A program made the position numbers and the translations under genes. From an uncultured virus (IMG/VR IMGVR_UViG_3300009152_000002) (lineage: Duplodnaviria; Heunggongvirae; Uroviricota; Caudoviricetes), in IMG/VR virus record IMGVR_UViG_3300009152_000002: a stretch of DNA of 64,000 nt. The stretch is one strand, 5' to 3'. Shown piece after piece: positions 1-8,235 of the stretch. The stretch's first letter is position 1; every line of letters begins with the position of its first letter. The notes beneath the pieces were generated by a model that saw nothing but the letters and a program-made list of their open reading frames with translations, searched no databases and had not been told where the DNA came from.

Positions 1-2907
1 AACTGGGCCTGAAGTACCTGGGCTTTCCAATGGGATGGTTTGAGAAGGTGCTAGTCCTTCTCCCCATACGGCTGCATGTAACCGTGCCCGAGCATAAGAT
101 TGTTCGGCTGAAGTTGCCGAACGAGGTTGTAGTTTTTCAAGCTTTGTACTGGGGTGGTAAGCCGCGCCAACTGGCCCAGGTGCCTGCTCTCCGCGTCGAA
201 TGGCTTCAATCTCTCCTTGATACTGACCTTGCTGACCAGCTCGAGAAGAAAACCGCGTACCCAGTGTAGGTTTTGTATAACCAGCTGGACGCTCCATGGC
301 TTCTTCTGAATAAATTAATCCTTCAGGAGAGACGCGTTTAGGGAAGGCTTCTGCCAAGGCTTGGCGTTGCTCAGGATCAAAAGAAGCTGGGTCAATAATG
401 TTTGCTGCGATTCCTTTGTAGGAACGCCCTTCTCGTCCCATGATGCGCTGCGGTTCAACAGCTGTACCGCGAATTGGACGAACAGCACCGTGTGCGATGT
501 CAACTAGGTTTACATCATCTGCAGTCATAATCTCACCAGTGTCGGCATGTTGATAGAGAACTGGAGTTACGTCAGAAGGAGAACCTTCACCGGACGTGTA
601 ACCTTTTTCTAGAAGAGCTTCGCGGCGACGGCCTACGCCACCAACTTCTTGGCGACCTGCTCCACCGGCGGCACGCATCTTGTAATACTCTGGAGTGGAG
701 ATAGCTTTCTCTTCTGGTACTGCTGTTACGCCAACAATATCTCCGGTAGCCTGGCTGATGACTGGAGCGGACTTGGTCCCTTCTAAAACATTTTCAGGAA
801 TGGAATAAAGAATTTGATTTTCCTTTGCTGCATTTAACCTTGTCTGTGCATCCGTCAGTTCAGCATGAGCGTTTACCAGTGTTTTGCGTTGTGTTTGTGG
901 CAACGCATTGAACATTTGGTTTGTAATTTTTTCAGTTGGGCCTAGCCCAAATTGACTTAAGATCCCTGCTTTTACATTGCCAAGGGTAGTTTGCTTGCCA
1001 ATCACATTTCCCTCCAGGGCTTGAACCTGCGTCAAGTTGGAGCTTTCCCCTGCACCCACAGCACCAAACGGTTTGAAGAAAGATTTTGTGGGGACAGTTT
1101 CGCCGCCAGGGAGAGTGACGTTAAGGGGGAATGCACCTTGAGCGCCAGCTTCAATGAGAGCCGGATCTTGAGTAATGTCGTGCAGGCTGGTTACTTGCTT
1201 TAAGAAAGTAAGCCCACGAGGATCTTGCGCGGTTCCTTTTAAAGAACCAAAGCGCTGCATTGCTCCGCTCAGATCTGTTGTTAAATTTTGTGAAGACCCC
1301 TGCCCCCCTGCTGTGACGATACGGGGGTCAATCATGCTGGAGGGCCGATCACCTAAAGCTGGGGCATACTCTTCTCCAGATGTCAGAGAAGAGAAGCGCC
1401 CAATTGGTGCAACACCTTGCGCTTCTTGCGTTGCAATGTTGGCTTCAATATCACGTGCGCCAGGAAGTTGCTGAACTTTTTCTTTTAGAAAAGCACCAGT
1501 AATATCACGTGCACCAGAAGTAGCAAATTCCTCAGGAGCAAAGCCACGTTCAACACTTACTGTTGTTGGTTGTTCGCCTCCACCAACAACCCGCACTAAA
1601 CCCTTACCGCCTTGTACTGGGCGACGAATTTCTTCATGTCGTACTGGCTCACCATAACCTGTGCGTGATGTAAGGATTTCTTTAAAACCGCTACTACCTT
1701 TACCCCAGGTGGCTTCTCTTGCAACCTGCTCTGCAAGCTCGGGGCTTGGATCAAAAGTTCTAGGAATTAACCGAGCTGTTTGCTGTTTAGGAGTTGTTAC
1801 TTGCGTACCAGAAGTTGCCGCTTGTGCAGTCGGAGTGTACTCACCGCTCCAAGGATCAGGTGTTTGGCTTAACAGCGAATACTGTTCTGTAGTGGGACTA
1901 ATGGTGGATCCAACCTCAGAAGCTTGATAAATGCCTGCCTCTTGCGGCGAAATTCCAGCATCTTTAGAACGCAATGCCATTAACGTTGCTCCAGAGCCAG
2001 GAATCTCCATTTGGTACGCGCCACGACCTTGACGTGCTGCTGAGAGCAAATCTTGCTTGGCGGACTCAACTCGCGCAGTTTTAACAGATTCAGAAGAAGG
2101 AAGTGTTTGCTCCAGAACTTGCAGAGCCCTAGAACCCCCTTCGTATGCAGAACGTGGGCCAAAAGTTTGGCTGGAGGTAATTACATCGTTTTCTGTAACC
2201 GGCTTAACTGAATAAGACTCAGAAGTTGGCGGAAGAGTTGCTTCCAGACTGGAGCCAGTAGGAGCACCCTTTGCAATTTGAACTGCTTGTGTTGCAACAG
2301 GAACTTCTTGCTGGTTATAGCGCTGTCCTGTGGTGGGTGGAGTGACATCGCCAGAATTACGGATGACATCGGGATCAACAGTGCGACCGCCCCCTAACCC
2401 CCCTAAGAAACTGGAAACACGGCCACCAATATCCTGAGCGTTTTCTTTTACAACTGTTTGAGCATTTTGCAAAGCTTGTTGGCCGCCAGGGCTTCGAGCA
2501 ACAGCCAAACCAGCTGCAACCGTACCTGCCGCTAAAGCCGCTTTACCTAGTGTGTTTAGTAAAGAATTCTGTTGATTGTGCTCTGAAACCTCGTGTTCTT
2601 CATCATTTTGAAAATATTCCGAGGTAAGCGTGGAATCAATGGTGCCAGAAACTTTAGGAGCACGGTTGTCTGGAGTTACCGGCGCATTAAACAGTGAATT
2701 GGGTGCGTTATTTTCTACTGATTCGGGTTGAGAATAGTAAATAGAGCCGCCAACACGTGCGTTAGGCGAATTTACACCAGTTTTTGTCACATTTTTAGCG
2801 TAAGAGTACGCTTGTGGTCCTGCAGCAAGCTTTTCTTCTGCTGTGTCGGGATATTTATTACCAGTTGCGCGTGCCCAGAGAGCAAAATCTGCAGGTGAAA
2901 CGGGCAT
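1..2907 (-). CDS. Large Ala/Gln/Pro/Thr-rich protein, probably virion-associated; partial, runs off the window edge
   Basis: ATG at 2907 reads MPVSPADFALWARATGNKYPDTAEEK. The frame is open where spot-checked down to base 1. It is probably absent from the ORF track because no stop lies in the window. Confidence 0.7.
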   Translation of the reverse strand, partial: MPVSPADFALWARATGNKYPDTAEEKLAAGPQAYSYAKNVTKTGVNSPNARVGGSIYYSQPESVENNAPNSLFNAPVTPDNRAPKVSGTIDSTLTSEYFQNDEEHEVSEHNQQNSLLNTLGKAALAAGTVAAGLAVARSPGGQQALQNAQTVVKENAQDIGGRVSSFLGGLGGGRTVDPDVIRNSGDVTPPTTGQRYNQQEVPVATQAVQIAKGAPTGSSLEATLPPTSESYSVKPVTENDVITSSQTFGPRSAYEGGSRALQVLEQTLPSSESVKTARVESAKQDLLSAARQGRGAYQMEIPGSGATLMALRSKDAGISPQEAGIYQASEVGSTISPTTEQYSLLSQTPDPWSGEYTPTAQAATSGTQVTTPKQQTARLIPRTFDPSPELAEQVAREATWGKGSSGFKEILTSRTGYGEPVRHEEIRRPVQGGKGLVRVVGGGEQPTTVSVERGFAPEEFATSGARDITGAFLKEKVQQLPGARDIEANIATQEAQGVAPIGRFSSLTSGEEYAPALGDRPSSMIDPRIVTAGGQGSSQNLTTDLSGAMQRFGSLKGTAQDPRGLTFLKQVTSLHDITQDPALIEAGAQGAFPLNVTLPGGETVPTKSFFKPFGAVGAGESSNLTQVQALEGNVIGKQTTLGNVKAGILSQFGLGPTEKITNQMFNALPQTQRKTLVNAHAELTDAQTRLNAAKENQILYSIPENVLEGTKSAPVISQATGDIVGVTAVPEEKAISTPEYYKMRAAGGAGRQEVGGVGRRREALLEKGYTSGEGSPSDVTPVLYQHADTGEIMTADDVNLVDIAHGAVRPIRGTAVEPQRIMGREGRSYKGIAANIIDPASFDPEQRQALAEAFPKRVSPEGLIYSEEAMERPAGYTKPTLGTRFSSRAGQQGQYQGEIEAIRRGEQAPGPVGAAYHPSTKLEKLQPRSATSAEQSYARARLHAAVWGEGLAPSQTIPLESPGTSGPV

Positions 2908-3188
2908 TTTATGAAAATACTTCTATATAACTGATTTTAAGCGTTATAAACACGTTTAACGCCAGTAAATAAGGCGCGATCCCCTAATGGGCCATTAAAA
3001 AGGTCAATTTGGGGAGAAATTTGCGGTAGCTATCAAGCAAACACAGTGAGCAGAGGGGGGCCGAAAGGAAAAAAGAAAGGGACGGTAGGAGCGGAGGTGG
3101 TTGAGTGGGAGGGTATGCCGGTTGAGAGCGTGGTGTTTGCGAAATCGTAAGAGATAGTTCCAATGGTGGTGTTGTTTGGGTTAATCCC

Positions 3189-3407
3189 ATGACCACCACA
3201 GCATATGCCACGGTTTACACCATGGAAGTTGAGCGTTACGGCGAATGGGTTACATACGACTTCATGCCTCACGGCAACGGTAAGGTATACACCAAGCCCA
3301 GCTTTGGCCCGGCGAAGACGCTTTCAACCGAAGAAGCAAGGCGGCTTTGGCGTGCTTTGCTCCGCAAAGGTTGGATGCTACGCCCTGAACCCTGCATCGA
3401 CTTCTAA
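3189..3407 (+). CDS. Hypothetical early protein
   Basis: 72-aa ORF, first of the plus-strand array, followed by a GC hairpin (GGGGC-TTTCGG-GCCCC). Confidence 0.6.
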   Translation: MTTTAYATVYTMEVERYGEWVTYDFMPHGNGKVYTKPSFGPAKTLSTEEARRLWRALLRKGWMLRPEPCIDF

Positions 3408-3765
3408 CCACGGCATAACATGGGGGCTTTCGGGCCCCTATACCACCATATACCCAGAATTTACGCCCTTGTTACCAAATCAACACCGTTTATAGACTAC
3501 AATACCCCTGTACTTCCCTTCAAATCCCTTCCAGCGCAGCGCCTCCCGCCTAATGCGCCAGATGGCTTGTTGGGATTCAAAATTTTTCGGCATGAACTGT
3601 GGAAACCTTAGAAATATTACTTCACAAATAATGTCTTTAATTTCAGGAATTTGGTGCAGTAGTTAATACCTGCAACCCTGATAGTTGCCTCCAAGGATTT
3701 TAATCCCGATCAGGATTAATCCTTAGATGCAGCTTTCATGCTGTTTGTACTTTACCTCAGGGTCA

Positions 3766-4020
3766 ATGTTCAACCTCTATCCCACTGATGTACCTTCAGT
3801 TGAGTCGCTTCAGGCTGATCTCCAGTTAGCTGACTGTGAGATTGATCTGCTTAGCGAAAAGCTGCTGAGCACCAAGCTAGCCCAACAGGGTAACGCTCGG
3901 ATCGCAGTTGCTTGTGCATCAGCTGTAGTTATTGGTGCAGTTATTGCCTGGAAATCACCTCTAGGCAAGAAGGTACGCACCAAGATTGTTTCTGCAATCG
4001 CTCCAGTTGCGTCCGTTTAA
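3766..4020 (+). CDS. Hypothetical protein with C-terminal transmembrane helix
   Basis: Internal ATG of ORF 3727..4020; hydrophobic IAVACASAVVIGAVIAW segment. Confidence 0.6.
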   Translation: MFNLYPTDVPSVESLQADLQLADCEIDLLSEKLLSTKLAQQGNARIAVACASAVVIGAVIAWKSPLGKKVRTKIVSAIAPVASV

Positions 4021-4058
4021 GCGGCATGCCAGGGTGCAATCCCCTGGCCAACTATTGC
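4005..4058 (+). ncRNA. tRNA-like three-way-junction element, copy 1
   Basis: AGTTG/CAACT closing stem, CCG-TTTAAG-CGG hairpin, GCCAGGG-TGCAATC-CCCTGGC arm, then ATTGC; stems covary with copies 2 and 3. Confidence 0.7.
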
Positions 4059-4074
4059 CTGCAATTCAGCAGGC

Positions 4075-4359
4075 TTGCACACCATCACTTTCGTCGTCAT
4101 GACCGAAGCTACCGTGTACCACCAGCTCCAGGATCTCCGTCTGCTCGCCAGAAGGGATTCCTCGCTCCGTTCCATCCAGATGGATCAAGAGCTGGAGCTG
4201 TTCCGTCTGTGCTTTCTTGAAGCTTTTGAACAGTGGATGGATGGCATGGAAGAGATGGACCTGACTCCGTTTATCGTAACGGCAGACAACATCATCTCTG
4301 GCAATCGTGATCTACTGAAGTGGCTCAAGCGAGAGCTTGACACGGATGTAGACCGCTGA
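4075..4359 (+). CDS. Hypothetical early protein
   Basis: 94-aa ORF bounded by structured spacers. Confidence 0.6.
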   Translation: MHTITFVVMTEATVYHQLQDLRLLARRDSSLRSIQMDQELELFRLCFLEAFEQWMDGMEEMDLTPFIVTADNIISGNRDLLKWLKRELDTDVDR

Positions 4360-4363
4360 TGAA

Positions 4364-4431
4364 CAATACAGGCTTCGGCCTGCCACTGAACGGAGGGTAA
4401 TCCTCCTAGCAATACAGACTTTGGTCTGCCA
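4364..4431 (+). repeat. Tandem hairpin repeat CAATA-CAGRC-TTYG-GYCTG-CCA (x2)
   Basis: 4364-4385 and 4410-4431, with a compensatory G-C to A-T change, flanking a GGAGG-GTAAT-CCTCC hairpin. Confidence 0.65.
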
Positions 4432-4482
4432 TTCACCGCATGCCTCCAGGGGAGATAGGCACCCCGCACACGGAGTAATACC

Positions 4483-4647
4483 GTGGCAATTTACGTTTAC
4501 GTCGTAACTTTGTGTGATCTTCACCAGGATCACCTCGTCGGCGTTTACGGCACCCAAGAAGGTGCTCAGCGTTATGTTGACCGTGAAGAAGAATTTCTTG
4601 ACGCAACTGAACGCTTAATCATCAACAAGGAGTTGGTGAGAAACTGA
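4483..4647 (+). CDS. Small hypothetical protein (54 aa)
   Basis: GGAG SD, GTG start, MAIYVYVVTLCDLHQDHLVGVYGTQEGAQRYV; its stop lies inside RNA repeat copy 2. Confidence 0.55.
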   Translation: MAIYVYVVTLCDLHQDHLVGVYGTQEGAQRYVDREEEFLDATERLIINKELVRN

Positions 4648-4695
4648 GTCCGTTTAAGCGGCGTTGGCAGGTGCAATCCCTGCCTTCAGTATTGC
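4642..4695 (+). ncRNA. tRNA-like three-way-junction element, copy 2
   Basis: ACTGAG/TTCAGT, CCG-TTTAAG-CGG, GGCAGG-TGCAATC-CCTGCC; 54 bp identical to copy 3. Confidence 0.7.
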
Positions 4696-4772
4696 AAGAA
4701 CAGCCTTTAGAGGCAGTTTTTGCTTTTGTGCTTTCTAGGGATATAAGCACCCTGCACGCACCGGAGCACACC

Positions 4773-5036
4773 GTGAGCGTTTTTAACACCGCAACCGTCA
4801 GCGACGACGGCCTTCTGCAAGAAGGTCTGTTGCTTCCCACTAGGGAGGAGGTTGCAGAACAAGCCTTCAATAACGTCCGGTTTTGGATGGAAGAAGGCCA
4901 CTCGCAGTTGCTTAGCCGTGAGCAAGCACTTGAGATTGCCGCATGGGGTCTCAAGATTGCTGGCTATAGCGATCTACAACACCAGGTTCTTGCAGAACTT
5001 GTTGTGCTTCCCGAAGAAGCACTACAGCCGCTGTAG
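4773..5036 (+). CDS. Hypothetical early protein
   Basis: GGAG plus GTG start within ORF 4671..5036, lying between two identical repeats. Confidence 0.6.
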   Translation: MSVFNTATVSDDGLLQEGLLLPTREEVAEQAFNNVRFWMEEGHSQLLSREQALEIAAWGLKIAGYSDLQHQVLAELVVLPEEALQPL

Positions 5037-5043
5037 CTACTAC

Positions 5044-5097
5044 AACTGAGTCCGTTTAAGCGGCGTTGGCAGGTGCAATCCCTGCCTTCAGTATTGC
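5044..5097 (+). ncRNA. tRNA-like three-way-junction element, copy 3
   Basis: Identical to 4642-4695; followed by a TGCCCA-GCAA-TGGGCA hairpin. Confidence 0.7.
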
Positions 5098-5131
5098 CCA
5101 GCAATGGGCACTTATCCTCTGCACCAATACC

Positions 5132-5407
5132 ATGTCTTTTGGTCGTGTTTTACTGCTCGGAACTGCAGCCATCGGCGGTACGTTCATTGCAATGAAGCCA
5201 GAAACTCGTCAGAAGGTCAAACAAATCGTAGCTGTAAGGCTGCATAGGCTTGGCAATTTGCTTGATCCTCAAGGTCCTCCACCCATGTGGACCGATGCGG
5301 CAGAGCCTGACACTACAGTACCCGCTGCGCAAGACGAAAGTATTGCCCCAGCTGATGTACCCGAGGAAGAAGACCGCACCATTCAAGGTTTTAAGGTCAA
5401 GAAGTAA
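5132..5407 (+). CDS. Hypothetical protein with N-terminal membrane anchor
   Basis: MSFGRVLLLGTAAIGGTFIAM and an acidic tail. Confidence 0.6.
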   Translation: MSFGRVLLLGTAAIGGTFIAMKPETRQKVKQIVAVRLHRLGNLLDPQGPPPMWTDAAEPDTTVPAAQDESIAPADVPEEEDRTIQGFKVKK

Positions 5408-5412
5408 CTTCC

Positions 5413-5474
5413 AGGACGAAACCAGGGGGAGCAATCTCTCTGGTCGGCCAGTTTTGCTGGCCCTGATGAGTCCT
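5413..5474 (+). ncRNA. Type II hammerhead ribozyme
   Basis: AGGAC-GAAA; stem III ACCAGGGGGA-GCAA-TCTCTCTGGT; cleavage triplet GTC (C5445); stem I GGCCAG-TTTTG-CTGGCC; CTGATGA core; GTCCT closes stem II. Confidence 0.93.
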
Positions 5475-5488
5475 TCACCTCTTCCATC

Positions 5489-5704
5489 ATGAACGATCTA
5501 ACCAAGTCTTATCTTGCAATCTTTATTGGATCAGCTGTTGGTTTTGGACTCTGTGTTGGATTCCAACGGTATCTCAATGCTGAGACAACCAAACACTGCC
5601 CAAGTATTTACACCGTTAAATACGTTAAGTCAGCTGTGGGGGATATAGCGCGTTGTACGTCTCGTGCAAAGTTCTATGGCCCAGCTACTCCATTAAACGA
5701 TTAG
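5489..5704 (+). CDS. Hypothetical membrane protein
   Basis: 71 aa with an N-terminal TM helix, immediately downstream of the hammerhead. Confidence 0.6.
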   Translation: MNDLTKSYLAIFIGSAVGFGLCVGFQRYLNAETTKHCPSIYTVKYVKSAVGDIARCTSRAKFYGPATPLND

Positions 5705-5772
5705 ATATGGTTTCTTTTGTGTTTAACACCACACTTGTGGTGCTGTTCATGTTGTTACTTTGTCTTTAAATC

Positions 5773-5991
5773 ATGCCTGCTATTAGCTTGTACGTTACTA
5801 ACGACGACTGGAACTTCTTGTGCCAACTTGCAGCAGAGAATCACTCTCTGCCTGTGGCATTTACTGAGCAGCTTGTCGCCAGTAAGTTGAGGGATATCCG
5901 GGATGAGATCCGGTATGTCGAGGAAACTCAACAAGAACTTGATACATTGGCTGAATTTATGGAGAAATCCGTAGAGGAAGCTCTTTCTTAA
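5773..5991 (+). CDS. Hypothetical protein, possibly ribbon-helix-helix
   Basis: ISLYVTNDDWNFLCQLAAE pattern. Confidence 0.55.
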   Translation: MPAISLYVTNDDWNFLCQLAAENHSLPVAFTEQLVASKLRDIRDEIRYVEETQQELDTLAEFMEKSVEEALS

Positions 5992-6025
5992 TTGGTTCTT
6001 AACTTTCCCACTTGTACTAACTTCA

Positions 6026-6223
6026 ATGCCTCTTTCCTATTTTCCTCCAGGTGCAGAAACCACTCGCGTTTCCTGGTATGGAGGTGACTCAACGCAACTT
6101 CACTATGAAGTGCGACGAGATAATGAGTGGTCTGGCGTTGTAACCAAGACCCTCATGGATATGCCTACAGGCGTTAAGGAACTCAGTCAGAAATTGGTTG
6201 AGTTTTATAACGACTGTTCTTGA
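6026..6223 (+). CDS. Hypothetical protein
   Basis: 65-aa ORF in the array. Confidence 0.55.
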   Translation: MPLSYFPPGAETTRVSWYGGDSTQLHYEVRRDNEWSGVVTKTLMDMPTGVKELSQKLVEFYNDCS

Positions 6224-6295
6224 TGTTCTCCCTAAGGGGCTTCGGCCCTTTACTGAGGACTTCATGTCCTCCTTTGTACACACTGCCACATCACC

Positions 6296-6697
6296 ATGTC
6301 TGCTGTTAACTGCGGAACCATTGTCGGTACCATCGTGTCTGACATTGTCACCAGGGTTCCCAACGATTCTCTGCAAGTGACACAGTTCCGCTGTGCTCCT
6401 CTCGACGCCAGGGAAGAAGATTCTCCAGTTCCGATGACCGCTTACAACGGAGTCGGCGAGAATATCGTCCAGCGTTATAACAAGGGTGACACAGTCGCTC
6501 TAACTTACCGCTTGCGGTACAACACCTGGCAGACGCCAGAAGGTGAACCCCGTGGCCGTATGGAGATCGTTGTGACCTCCAGCACCACAGTTCGCCTCGG
6601 TCAAATCAGTACTGCCCAACGGGCTGCTGATGCTGCTGGCGTTGCTAAGCCCGTAGAAGCAGAAGTGGTTCCATCCTTGGAAGCAATTCCTTTCTGA
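6296..6697 (+). CDS. ssb: Single-stranded DNA-binding protein-like (OB fold)
   Basis: KGDTVALTYRLRYNTWQTPEGEPRGRMEIVV and C-terminal EAIPF. Confidence 0.75.
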   Translation: MSAVNCGTIVGTIVSDIVTRVPNDSLQVTQFRCAPLDAREEDSPVPMTAYNGVGENIVQRYNKGDTVALTYRLRYNTWQTPEGEPRGRMEIVVTSSTTVRLGQISTAQRAADAAGVAKPVEAEVVPSLEAIPF

Positions 6698-6857
6698 CGG
6701 TTGCGCTGAGGGGCTTCGGCCTCTCTCCGCAGCCCTCATGGCTGCACAATTCTTTGCTTTTATGCCCAATGAAACGTACACTTGCAGAGGCTCACCCCAT
6801 TGAGCTTCTAATCTTCTTGTTCATCACAGTTTTTGAAGCAGTTGTCACTATTTACCA

Positions 6858-7193
6858 ATGCACACCACTCTTGCTCTCCAGAAAGAATCAGAAGCAGAAC
6901 GTCTCAGTCGCTTCGGTGATTGGTATGACAACTACTGCAATTTCGAAGGTGAACCAACTACGATCACCATCCACGAAGTCTGGGACCAATATGGTGGCCC
7001 AGAAGAAGGTGGATGGACCTACCAATGCGGTGGCCCCATCGAAACCATCTGCATCTTCTCCAAAGCGCAGGCGGTCCGTGAACTCCACAGGCTTCACGCC
7101 AAGTACGAAGAAGACGAGGACACCTGCTATGACATCTGTCTAGCCCAGAAATACGCCGAAGCCTACCCACCTAGCAAACCTTTCTACGAATAA
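6858..7193 (+). CDS. Hypothetical phage protein
   Basis: YGGPEEGGWTY motif typical of small phage proteins. Confidence 0.65.
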   Translation: MHTTLALQKESEAERLSRFGDWYDNYCNFEGEPTTITIHEVWDQYGGPEEGGWTYQCGGPIETICIFSKAQAVRELHRLHAKYEEDEDTCYDICLAQKYAEAYPPSKPFYE

Positions 7194-7198
7194 CTACC

Positions 7199-7480
7199 AT
7201 GGCATTACTTCCTGAACAGCTTGAGATTGCTTCTGTTTTTGGTTACACTCCAGCAACAGAAGAAGAGCGTGGCGAACCTGCTGACACTTCACTGTGCAGC
7301 AAGAAGATAGAAATCGTTGATGGTTGGCCACACATCCGCTTTAAAGGTGAGCTGTGTCCCGTACCAAACATAGAAGAAGTAGAAGAGTGGGTGTTTGACT
7401 CAGTCTGCTTCACTCCAGATGAAGATGAGGTTGAGCCAGACCACCCACACTCCTGGCTTTCTATTCTTGGACTGATCTAA
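7199..7480 (+). CDS. Hypothetical phage protein
   Basis: C-terminal VEPDHPHSWLSILGLI. Confidence 0.65.
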   Translation: MALLPEQLEIASVFGYTPATEEERGEPADTSLCSKKIEIVDGWPHIRFKGELCPVPNIEEVEEWVFDSVCFTPDEDEVEPDHPHSWLSILGLI

Positions 7481-7501
7481 CAACAGCCCAAGAGACAGCT
7501 T

Positions 7502-7642
7502 TTAGTACTTTTGTACTAGCTCCGCTTTGTTAGCAGAGCGTGCGTCATCAACAGTTTGACGAACTGCAACAACTTCTTGTTTTTGCGCACGTTCCTGCTT
7601 ACGCTTAAGCTGGTTCAAGTACACAATAAATCCCGATTCCAT
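7502..7642 (-). CDS. Small antisense-oriented protein (46 aa)
   Basis: MESGFIVYLNQLKRKQERAQKQEVVAVRQ...KY* fills the gap in the plus-strand array. Confidence 0.45.
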   Translation of the reverse strand: MESGFIVYLNQLKRKQERAQKQEVVAVRQTVDDARSANKAELVQKY

Positions 7643-7713
7643 GGCTTTGTGGTTCTGTATCATTTGATACTACTTCAAAGCCTGGAATGATGTAGTTCAC
7701 TTTGTTACACACC

Positions 7714-8031
7714 ATGCACGACATCGTCCTAATCGAATCCTTTCAGACCAACGCCAAGAACGACATCATCGTCACAGCCATCGTTGAGGACATGGTGTAT
7801 GTTCCAGGCTCACAAACTTACATCGATCCGCCTGAGTATGCTCCTGCTCGTTGCAAAATTACTATTCCAAATGACCATCTTCCTGAAAACATTGATCTTA
7901 CTGACGCCAGTGAAGAAGATCTACAGGAAATAATTAACAGGCACATCAACCTGGATAACTATGACTGGGTCATCACCATTGAAGGTAATGACTTTGAGCC
8001 AGAACGTAGATATAGCAATCTTTACTTCTGA
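7714..8031 (+). CDS. Hypothetical phage protein
   Basis: QTYIDPPEYAPARC motif; CACCATG start. Confidence 0.65.
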   Translation: MHDIVLIESFQTNAKNDIIVTAIVEDMVYVPGSQTYIDPPEYAPARCKITIPNDHLPENIDLTDASEEDLQEIINRHINLDNYDWVITIEGNDFEPERRYSNLYF

Positions 8032-8047
8032 TCTTTGCTTTCACACC

Positions 8048-8230
8048 ATGGAACTAACTGACAAGGAGATGAAAACTCTCCAGGATATGCTTCAAAGCTA
8101 TCGGGAGTTCACTGAAGAGGTTTATCAAGAACATTCCGATTGGGATGGTACTCCGGAAACCTTGTTTACTCCCGTTCAACGCCAGCTGTTTACCAGGTTT
8201 GACGTTGTCTCCATTAAATACAACCGCTGA
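8048..8230 (+). CDS. Hypothetical protein
   Basis: CACCATG start within ORF 7961..8230. Confidence 0.55.
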   Translation: MELTDKEMKTLQDMLQSYREFTEEVYQEHSDWDGTPETLFTPVQRQLFTRFDVVSIKYNR

Positions 8231-8235
8231 TCATC

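Noticed and set aside
30..2378. Short ORFs listed in the track within 1-2907
   Set aside because: They are shadow frames of the long minus-strand ORF starting at 2907.
4356..4400. Second hammerhead at CTGATGA
   Set aside because: There is no matching GAAA core or stem II/III arrangement.
4005..5097. CRISPR array interpretation of the 54-bp repeats
   Set aside because: The intervening sequences are hundreds of bp long, unequal and contain whole ORFs; no cas genes are present.
6754..7143. 129-aa ORF overlapping 6858..7193
   Set aside because: Only its hydrophobic N-terminal part from ATG 6769 looks protein-like; the rest overlaps a better ORF, so it was not called.
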